DNA of 64,000 nucleotides from a virus. Taxonomy: Duplodnaviria; Caudoviricetes. Location: the IMG/VR virus record IMGVR_UViG_3300013121_000033, positions 32,001 to 96,000 of that record. One strand, written 5' to 3'. Position 1 is the first letter of the stretch, and every line of letters starts with the position of its first letter. The notes below the pieces were generated by a model. The model did no database searches. It was not told the origin of the DNA and saw only the letters and a program-made list of their open reading frames with translations. This document shows, one piece after another, positions 37,701 to 44,588 of this stretch. The translations under genes and the position numbers were made by a program.

Positions 37701-40113
37701 CTGAGCCAACCTCCAACTGGCCGGAGTCGCCGACACGGAACGTCGTGTTGGGCAGGTCGGTGTTGCGAAACGTCGCCCCCGGGGGAAGTTCACGCAGCTT
37801 CCACGGTGGGATCGAGTCGCCCGCGTTGAACTCGGTGGATGCGTCGGGGGTGACGGGTGCTGCCGGTGCGACGTTGCTCGCGTCGGGAGTGTTGACCGCT
37901 GTCAGGTTGGAGACGTCGTAGTTCGTCGGGTCCCACCACGCCTTGTCGTCGTCGTAGAGCGCCTGGACCTGGTCATGCAGGCTGTCGTCGAGAGTCGAGT
38001 AGACGTTGCCGTCCTTGACGAGGTACATGCGACGCTGCTTCGTGAGCCGCCCGTACTCGTCGATGTTCTGCCACTGGAACTCGTAGAACCCGTCCTCTTG
38101 GAAGTTCGGTCGGACAGCCCAACCGCGGACTGCGCCGGAGCCGCCGATGTCGACCGTCGCCCGTTGCGACACGACGCCCTTCGACACGAAGTCGCGGGAG
38201 AACCTGCCAGTCGACCAGTCGCCGCCGTCGATCTTCGCTAGGTACGTCTTGGCCGTCGGCGCCTTTTTCGTGAAGATCGTTGCGATCGGAGCGATCGGCT
38301 TCGGTTCCTCGGGGGCGGCAACGTCGATCCCCTCGGCAACCCCTTTCGCTTGCGCGTCGGTGACAGCAGCGGCGAGGGCGTCACGGATGAACCCGGTGTT
38401 CGACGATGGCCCCTCGGTCGGGTCCTCGGTGGGGTTGAGGGAGCCGTACTCGGAGATGCCGCGGCCTTCGTTCCGGATCGTCCAGTCGGCCGACGTCCTG
38501 AACGGTGTCGATGTCGAGTAGCCGACGTTGCGACGGTCGAGTTCGAGCGTGGCGTCGACTTCGATCTTCGTGGTGGTGCCGTCAGGCTCGGGGATGTCGA
38601 GTGTGTAGGTGTCGGTGCGGGACTCGATCCACCGGCCTGGCTGCGACCCGACCCGTTCCCGGTCTGTGCGCCCCTTCGCCACGCTCCACCCGAGCGGCGA
38701 TGACGGTGTCGCGTCGGGTTCGGGGATGCCCGGTTCGGTGGCGGGCATCTTGTTCTTCTCGGGGAGCCATTCCTGGACGCGCTCCCACCACTTTGCTCCG
38801 TCCTCGGTCAATACGCCGGGGTTGACCTTGAGGTCAGGGTTGTCGGCGATCGTTCGCGCCAGGAGCACGTCCCCGACTTGTTCACCGTGGAACCCTGGGT
38901 CGGCTTCGACCATCCGGATGAACAACTCGCCGTCGCGGCTGCTCGACGTGTAGTCGAGGTACCCCATCCGGTCACCTGACGCCGCGTCGTACATGGCGTA
39001 GGACGACAGGTAGTCGCCGTCGATCGAGTCACCGCCGACGCTGCGAATCTCGACCTCACGGCCGGAGGGAAGCAGGACCCGGCTTTCCGGTTCGCGGTAC
39101 CCGGTCACCGGGTGCGGCGCGGCGGTCGGCCAGTCCTGACCGAGCGTGACCTGTGGGCGGTCCGGCTTGGTGATCGTGGGAACGTCCGGTTCTGGCGAAG
39201 GCGCCGTCGCTTCGGGGACGTCGGGGGTGGGGGCTTCGGGGGGCGGGTCGATCGCCCAACCGTCGCCGTCACGGCGCGGGACGTTGTCGGTGAACCTGGC
39301 CCACGCCGCTTTGATCTCGCGGCCGTCGCCGGTCGTGACGAGCGCAGAACGGTCGTCGGAGTATCGGACGTGGACGATGTCGCCCTTTGCGATCCCGTAG
39401 CGGGCGAGGTACCCGTCGGCGACTTGTGCCGGTCCGCCCTGGTCGCCTGCTTCTTTCAAGCGGGTAGCGGTGAGCGCACCGACACCGACCTTCGTGGCAG
39501 TCGTGTTGCCACGTTGCTGTGGCCGGTCGATCCGAGCGTGGGTGTCGTCCGCTGCGAAGTCGGCGAACCTCCCCCACTTCACCCGGTACTCGGACCGGCG
39601 CCCTTCGGTGTCGAACACGTCAATGATGCCGTGTTGGTCGTCGCCGAACCGGACTCGAACCGCTTGGCCTTTTCCGATCCCGAGCCGGGACAAGTAGTTG
39701 TCGCGTGCGACGAGCCAGTCACCGTCCGGCTTGCCTTTGACGTGATCGACAGCGAACAGGGACCGCATCGCTTCCAACGCGAGCGCTTTCGCCGTCGACC
39801 ACCCTGGCTTTGCGAACTCTCCGGAACCGGGGTCATGCCAGTTCCCGATGTCGTCGAACCCGCCGAGGGTGCCGTCATCGGGGACAGCGCGGCGCACCTT
39901 CCGTGCTGCGGCGGTGACGCCGGGCTGTTGCGACGGTGACCCGACCGGAGGGTTCGGGTCCGGGTCGGTCGGGTGCATCGGCATGTCGACCTGCACGTCG
40001 GAGATGCGCGCCAGGATCATCTCGGCGAGGACCGCCTCGATCTGGTCGAGTTGTTCTTCGAGCGCGTCGACCGCGCCGATGAGATCGACGGTCGACTCGT
40101 TGTCGGCAGCCAT
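34735..40113 (-). CDS. Giant polyvalent protein 1: shared leader, two SH3-like repeats, GNAT, unknown domains, C-terminal zincin
   Basis: ATG at 40113 directly after the protease stop; IRMVEADPGFHGEQVG; HEFGH..RYAATNRAELIAE. Confidence 0.75.
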   Translation of the reverse strand: MAADNESTVDLIGAVDALEEQLDQIEAVLAEMILARISDVQVDMPMHPTDPDPNPPVGSPSQQPGVTAAARKVRRAVPDDGTLGGFDDIGNWHDPGSGEFAKPGWSTAKALALEAMRSLFAVDHVKGKPDGDWLVARDNYLSRLGIGKGQAVRVRFGDDQHGIIDVFDTEGRRSEYRVKWGRFADFAADDTHARIDRPQQRGNTTATKVGVGALTATRLKEAGDQGGPAQVADGYLARYGIAKGDIVHVRYSDDRSALVTTGDGREIKAAWARFTDNVPRRDGDGWAIDPPPEAPTPDVPEATAPSPEPDVPTITKPDRPQVTLGQDWPTAAPHPVTGYREPESRVLLPSGREVEIRSVGGDSIDGDYLSSYAMYDAASGDRMGYLDYTSSSRDGELFIRMVEADPGFHGEQVGDVLLARTIADNPDLKVNPGVLTEDGAKWWERVQEWLPEKNKMPATEPGIPEPDATPSSPLGWSVAKGRTDRERVGSQPGRWIESRTDTYTLDIPEPDGTTTKIEVDATLELDRRNVGYSTSTPFRTSADWTIRNEGRGISEYGSLNPTEDPTEGPSSNTGFIRDALAAAVTDAQAKGVAEGIDVAAPEEPKPIAPIATIFTKKAPTAKTYLAKIDGGDWSTGRFSRDFVSKGVVSQRATVDIGGSGAVRGWAVRPNFQEDGFYEFQWQNIDEYGRLTKQRRMYLVKDGNVYSTLDDSLHDQVQALYDDDKAWWDPTNYDVSNLTAVNTPDASNVAPAAPVTPDASTEFNAGDSIPPWKLRELPPGATFRNTDLPNTTFRVGDSGQLEVGSGDIWSPPADGWGAISQGLRGDRWIVDSVPDTTPDVPEALEVPDRPFTTVEEARQLGAQAYRDGKTNAPALDKNLVLNPEVGSNIDVLKAWQDGWTAANLAAPVPEPDAPNPDVPETRPSTPDGLRDFPLGSTVTMPSGTTYTTESDGVRSGSGTLIPYDTFRDLVGADTTLAVTPSQPDEPVDVPNGPDPLPDTASLDYTGFDDSTAAWREPAPYSTDRYASPEIIYTLNPESSTVTVLLPDGLSVTRSYKGGSNVVVGRDRKTGIWDAKIMKGTDSQSFEWGGSAARITRNGRGSNFQSGTSERRKALAVNALLNYAAEKRDTLDPKTRKALDAQIAERLAEYGYEGVTEPVAIPDAPDIDPTGLILDPNVLASEFQAVLDVRSYNMSAADLAAGDWANRATAVARTLEARWQAGDPNVTLGQIGEARKKVGTIRYALRRTGTVESDAATAARLERFGRTTQRAADLVAEARALGLEGGWNRPALDEFNRTLETTLPDLIAIARGGDQIALDRIGSTIAYLDLLQESMGAQPRKFGSAIGAFPPLDGFTDADLMAVQNGYEVGGLGAFIDFAERVTDQLRTNRVAAQRPDVTSAILAAIPEPDQIKGNGLVTDDTAAVDKIATAVLTALAQHPDFNWSDVQIAVGHEATSDLTPPQRNLLHAGMDEAQLRKRLIDAFADGAAFPTAQSANSLDQIGSGQFKKAGLSDFWVDKFGARFGSEATADHDLAMASWAEAVASSPMLAAQVDSFGAPVFGYFSHGVDPNTIAFVVTGTSVIGFNKSRAESDASAWAAVSELLRSRTKVGDEIVEIGDPADGPIAKSMVPDGVFLDDATKRKWTFSADGSVTGLVRHEFGHVIDGKLEHTRRRERERFIKYVLDNQSVIAEVSRYAATNRAELIAEFYTTVTHPKFHRRRGYSREAEQAFSYFLDYIRPVRPVDVPIAEPSTPTTQPFTPQLPGIGGGAPDAPDAPVDVAAMGDAAAAGTVAP

Positions 40114-40118
40114 GAAGG

Positions 40119-41072
40119 TCAGCCGAGCGGGAGGGCGGGCAGGTCGAACCCGAAGTCGTTGTCGGCGCTGTACGGGGTGACACCGGAACCGCCGCACGAC
40201 GGGCACCCTGCGCCGCCGCAGTCGTGGTGGCCGTAGACCTCCATGAAGAGGCTGTTGTCGAAGTCCTCGTCGGAGATGGCGACATCGGGGATGAGGTCAG
40301 CGACGAGGCTGGCCGTGACGGCTTCGAGCGCGGCGATCCGGTCGCCGAGTTCGGAAACGGGTGCGATGGGCTCCCACATGCTGTACCAGACCTCTTCGCC
40401 GGTGGTTGGGTCGAGTGCGGCGGTGACGGCGAACCGGTGGTCGAGCCGTTCCTTGCGCAGCAGCCGGGCGCCTGGACGGAACCCGGGGTTGTTCACCAAC
40501 TGTGCGCCGGTGAACTCGTGGTGGTTGAGCGACGGGATGTGCCGCCAGTCGCCTGACGTCGCACCGGACATCATCGAGATCGCATCCCACAGGGTGCGGC
40601 CCGGTTCGACAACCCCGAGAGCCATGAGGCCGACACCGGGGACGTCGTGGTAGCGGACGCGCATCTGCCGGAGCGCGGTGTCGGCGTTGTAGTGCTCGGC
40701 CGCTTCGACGGGGGACACGGACGGGTCGCGGACGACATGGGAGATCGCCCCTGCGATCGCCGCGGTTCGGATCGGTCGACCGTCGTCGCAGACCGTCTGG
40801 CCGACGTGGGAGAACTCGTAGTTCGTGACGGACTTTGGGGCGGGCCAGCAGCGGCCCGTGGGGGAACCTCCGAGAACGCATTCGCCCTCGGGTGCGACGA
40901 GGACCGCGACTCGGCCGGTGTCGGGGCCGTTGAGCTTGATCTGGATGAGGGCGCCGTCCTCGTCCCACCAGTCGGGAATCTCGTAGAACCAGTGGGCCGG
41001 GGGGAGGTGTGGGGCGGCCAGTGGAGCGTTGAGGTCCGGGACGGTCGAGGTGTCCAGCAGCACGTCGCTCAT
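40119..41072 (-). CDS. Capsid maturation protease (cluster-B-like actinophage type)
   Basis: PPAHWF..GRV..C..P.S..Y..G..AEHY..SGDWR..VNNPGF pattern; position after the portal. Confidence 0.7.
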   Translation of the reverse strand: MSDVLLDTSTVPDLNAPLAAPHLPPAHWFYEIPDWWDEDGALIQIKLNGPDTGRVAVLVAPEGECVLGGSPTGRCWPAPKSVTNYEFSHVGQTVCDDGRPIRTAAIAGAISHVVRDPSVSPVEAAEHYNADTALRQMRVRYHDVPGVGLMALGVVEPGRTLWDAISMMSGATSGDWRHIPSLNHHEFTGAQLVNNPGFRPGARLLRKERLDHRFAVTAALDPTTGEEVWYSMWEPIAPVSELGDRIAALEAVTASLVADLIPDVAISDEDFDNSLFMEVYGHHDCGGAGCPSCGGSGVTPYSADNDFGFDLPALPLG

Positions 41073-41079
41073 GGGTGAC

Positions 41080-41101
41080 ATCTTGACGGGTGGACGTGTC
41101 A
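41080..41101 (-). promoter_or_regulatory. Late-promoter motif TGACACGTCCA-N5-CAAGAT
   Basis: 7 nt before ATG at 41072. Confidence 0.7.
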
Positions 41102-41132
41102 TCTATCCGCCACAGCCCCCCATGTCAGGCAT

Positions 41133-42044
41133 CTATGTGGCGGTGACAGCTTTCTTGGCGAGGTAGCGGCGGTTCGCTTCGTTGGCGCAGGTTCGGCAGC
41201 GGCGTGCTGTGCCGTCGCGTTCGAGTTTGAGGTTGTCGCCGTCGAGGGGGTGTCCGTTGTTGCAGTGGGTCTTGCGGGCGTTCACGGCGGCCTTCGATTG
41301 TCCACGCAATCCGTTGTTTCGGTTCGTGGCTGGCACGGTGTGGAGCGGGTTTCCGCAGCAGGTGTTGTCGCAGAGGTGGTCGAGGGTGAGGCCGTCGGGG
41401 ACGGGGCCGTTGACGAGGGTCCAGGTGATCCGGTGGACCAGAGTCTCGCTACCTGTGTCGGGCGTGCCTGTGCTGATGCGGCCGTAGCCCTTCTCGTTGC
41501 GGTATCCCTGGTACTCCCAGCAGGACCAGAGGAACGCCCACGCCGGGGCGCCTGCGGGGAGAGCGAACTTGGCTGCCATCCGGACAGGAGTCGGCGTTCC
41601 GGGTGGCAGCCGGTTCGTCATGTCGAGCTTCGCGACCGACACGTCGCCGTGACGCTGCCATCGGGCGTAGTGCATGGGGCACAGCGGTTGCCCCTCGTTG
41701 TCGTGTCCGTTGGCCGGTCGTTCGCAAATAGCGCAAGGAACACCGAGCGGCCCGCGGCCAGGGGAGCGGCCTGCCAGCGGGTCACCGTGGCGCTGCCAAC
41801 GCAGATAGTGGCTCGCGCAGAACGGCGTCCCGTTACCGTTGCGCCGCTTCGCCAACGACTCGCACCCGTCCGCCGCACACATCGTCCCCTTCGGGAGGCG
41901 AGGCGAGCGGACTGCTATGGGTGCGGCCATGTCAGCGCCTCGGCGCTCACGTTCGGCGTGCGCGGGGCACAGCCACACCTCACGATCGGCCTTACTGCGG
42001 AACTTTCCAGGGCGTTGACACCACGGGCAGACCTTCACAGTCAA
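41133..42044 (-). CDS. HNH homing endonuclease with zinc fingers
   Basis: CWEY.G..KGYG..VHRITW..LDHLCDNTCCGNPLH..N..KTHCNNGH..CRTC. Confidence 0.9.
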   Translation of the reverse strand: MTVKVCPWCQRPGKFRSKADREVWLCPAHAERERRGADMAAPIAVRSPRLPKGTMCAADGCESLAKRRNGNGTPFCASHYLRWQRHGDPLAGRSPGRGPLGVPCAICERPANGHDNEGQPLCPMHYARWQRHGDVSVAKLDMTNRLPPGTPTPVRMAAKFALPAGAPAWAFLWSCWEYQGYRNEKGYGRISTGTPDTGSETLVHRITWTLVNGPVPDGLTLDHLCDNTCCGNPLHTVPATNRNNGLRGQSKAAVNARKTHCNNGHPLDGDNLKLERDGTARRCRTCANEANRRYLAKKAVTAT

Positions 42045-42068
42045 CGACCATAGCCGCGCTGCATCCTG

Positions 42069-44420
42069 CTAATCCACAACCCACCTAAGAAGCACAAGAC
42101 ACTTACAGCCGCCGTGGTCGTTAGGCATGTATGGGGCGATTTCGCTGTACTTCGTGAACTCGCGGCCGTGGAGGGCGACGTGGGGGGGGAACGGGACTTC
42201 GGGTTCGCCGAAGTAGCCGTGGTCCCATTGCATCGTGAACTTCCCGGGGAGAAGGGTCACGGTGTTGTGGCCGGTGAGGTGGCCGGTGTTGCCCTTCCAT
42301 TCGCCGCCGGTTGAGGGGCGGGGCTGGTTCGCTGCGTTCCGGACGAGGGCTCCGCCGACAGCGGTCTGTGCGCCACCGGCGACCATCATCGTGGAGCGGA
42401 CGATGTTCAACGGGGTTTTGATCCCCTTGAACGACCCCTTCGCGACGCGGGTGGTGAGCCAGTCGGCCATGGCGGCCGAGTGGTGCGCGGCGGCGTTCGC
42501 GGCGAGCAACGCTGCGACGGTACCGATGAGCGGCCCCCACTTGGCCCAGAACCCTTCGTGGGCGTCCGCGATGACCTGTTCGACCTGCGGCTGGTATTCG
42601 GCGACAACGTCAGCGATGACCCCGTCGACGCCGACCTGCTGGCGTTGCGCTGCGTCGGCTTCGGCCCACAGCATCTCGAACGACTTGGACCGTGCCGCTT
42701 CGCGTTCGACGCTGCCACGGGGGAAGGTGGTGACGAGACGGCGGGTCAGTTCAGCGGTGACCGCGGTCGTCATCGCCGCAGTGAGCGCGGTGAGAGCGGC
42801 TTCGGTGCGGAGGTCGTGCTTCGATGCGTCGTCGTAGACGGCGTTCGGGTCGTAGCCGAGGTCGTCGAGGGTGACCGCGGCGGTGACCGCTGGCATCGGT
42901 GGTTCCTGGATGTTCGTGTCGCCGTTCGGGGTGCCGGGGGTGCCGGTCGGCGACCCGAACCCGGGAGGGAGGCCAGAAGGTCCCGCCGGGAGCGCGGGCG
43001 GTTCCGACGCGGTCGCCTCGATCGCATCCGGGGCTGCGCCGCCGCCGGTGTCGGGGACGATGACCTGACCGTCCTCGTCGACCTCGACGTACGGCGCGCC
43101 CTTCGAACCGGTCGACAACTCCCAGAACTCGAACTCGGAGAGGCCGTCGGGGAGCGGCATGACGGGGATACCGAGTTCGCGGGCGACGTCCTCACGGGAG
43201 ATGACGCCCGCCTGCCACGCCGCCATGAGGTCGGCGAACATCGACGGCCGCTTGAGTAGGAACTGCATGTCCCACTGGACACGCACCTTGCGCGCGTCGT
43301 ACCCCCAGCCTTCCAAGTGCTCGTTCATGGCGCGAACCCGGTCCTGGAAGTACCAGCGGGTCAGTTCCTTCACGAGCGGGTTGAGCTTCGGTGCGAGGCC
43401 CTGCTTCACCTGGGATTCTTGGAGCAGGAACTCGTTCCAGTGGTTCGCTGCGCCCGGTCCTTGGGTGAGCAACTGCTCGGGGAAGTTCACGGCACGAGCG
43501 ATCGCGGCGGTCGCCTTGTCCTCGACTTCCAAGATCAACGGGTCGAGGTCACGTCCGATCTCGACGTACTGCGCGGGCTTCCCGATGTACGGGTACGGGA
43601 GTGTGGCCGCCGGGGAGTCGTCGTTGCGGTACGACTCCTTGCCGTGACGGAGGTAGTCGTCGACGATCTGGTCCATCGGTTCGAGGTCGTCCTCGCCGTC
43701 GGGGTCCGGCTTGAACGGGCGGGCACCCTTGCCGGTTTCGTCGCCGGGATCGAACGCCATCATGCCGTTGAGGACGAGGCGACCGTTGATCGTGCGGGTC
43801 TGCGAACGGACCGCGGCGCGGAGGCGGCGCAGGTCTGAGAGCGCCCGGCACACCGGCGAGTACGGCTTCCACTGTTCGTAGGGGTCGGGGAACCACGACA
43901 TGAACACGCGGCCGCGGAGCGGGGTGCGGCGCTGGCGGCCCCACAGGTCCGTCCAGGTGAACATCTCCTGGTCGGCGTTCCCGGAGAGGGTGACGTTGTA
44001 GCCGGTCTGCTGGTCGGCGATCAGCCAGCAGCGGCCGATGCTTTCCCGGGCGCGGACGTAGGTGAACATCAGGTCCGACTGGTCCTGCAACTGGCCGCGC
44101 CACCCGGCGATGATGACTTGGAGGACGGGGTCGTCGGAACGTTCCCAGCCGTCGGCTGAACCCTTCCCGGTGAACACCTCCGGGTACAGGGGACACAAGC
44201 TCGCCATGAAGGCGATGGTGTCGAGGTAGTAGCCGAGGACGCCGGGACCGTGCCGGTCGAAGTCCATGACTTGCCGTTGCCACTGGACGGGCTGGCCGCC
44301 AGATAGTTGCGAGCCGCGGGGTCGGGCCGCGACAGGGGCGAGGGCTGCTGTGACGCCCTCGATGGGGTCGCCGGAACGGCGGCGTTCGGGAGTCGTGGGC
44401 CTCCGGGGTTCCACGGCCAT
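42069..44420 (-). CDS. Portal protein fused to a C-terminal MuF/head-morphogenesis-like domain
   Basis: GAGAGG SD before ATG at 44420; portal-like core (PYSPV, RLVLNG, NHW); C-terminal W.H..H..LHG..P.DHGGCKC. Confidence 0.7.
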   Translation of the reverse strand: MAVEPRRPTTPERRRSGDPIEGVTAALAPVAARPRGSQLSGGQPVQWQRQVMDFDRHGPGVLGYYLDTIAFMASLCPLYPEVFTGKGSADGWERSDDPVLQVIIAGWRGQLQDQSDLMFTYVRARESIGRCWLIADQQTGYNVTLSGNADQEMFTWTDLWGRQRRTPLRGRVFMSWFPDPYEQWKPYSPVCRALSDLRRLRAAVRSQTRTINGRLVLNGMMAFDPGDETGKGARPFKPDPDGEDDLEPMDQIVDDYLRHGKESYRNDDSPAATLPYPYIGKPAQYVEIGRDLDPLILEVEDKATAAIARAVNFPEQLLTQGPGAANHWNEFLLQESQVKQGLAPKLNPLVKELTRWYFQDRVRAMNEHLEGWGYDARKVRVQWDMQFLLKRPSMFADLMAAWQAGVISREDVARELGIPVMPLPDGLSEFEFWELSTGSKGAPYVEVDEDGQVIVPDTGGGAAPDAIEATASEPPALPAGPSGLPPGFGSPTGTPGTPNGDTNIQEPPMPAVTAAVTLDDLGYDPNAVYDDASKHDLRTEAALTALTAAMTTAVTAELTRRLVTTFPRGSVEREAARSKSFEMLWAEADAAQRQQVGVDGVIADVVAEYQPQVEQVIADAHEGFWAKWGPLIGTVAALLAANAAAHHSAAMADWLTTRVAKGSFKGIKTPLNIVRSTMMVAGGAQTAVGGALVRNAANQPRPSTGGEWKGNTGHLTGHNTVTLLPGKFTMQWDHGYFGEPEVPFPPHVALHGREFTKYSEIAPYMPNDHGGCKCLVLLRWVVD

Positions 44421-44480
44421 CCTCTCTGCATCTATGTGGTTGGTGGCCGGGTCCGCTCCGGGCGCTTCTCGACCGGTGGC

Positions 44481-44502
44481 AGTCTGACTGGTGGACGTGT
44501 CA
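44481..44502 (-). promoter_or_regulatory. Late-promoter motif TGACACGTCCA-N5-CAGACT
   Basis: Upstream of the portal gene. Confidence 0.7.
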
Positions 44503-44528
44503 CCGGCGTGCACCCCACCCCCGCATCG

Positions 44529-44557
44529 TTGACGTGACCACAACGGGCGGGTAGGGT
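44529..44557 (+). promoter_or_regulatory. Promoter TTGACG-17-TAGGGT containing GTTGACGTGACCACAAC
   Basis: Same 17-mer as at 14669; upstream of the + strand operon. Confidence 0.7.
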
Positions 44558-44588
44558 TGCGGGGATCGTCAACGGCAAGGGTGAAGGC

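Noticed and set aside
19686-40113. Giant ORFs as tape measure or tail fibre proteins
   Set aside because: No helical TMP repeats or fibre repeats; they contain enzyme motifs and lie inside the head module
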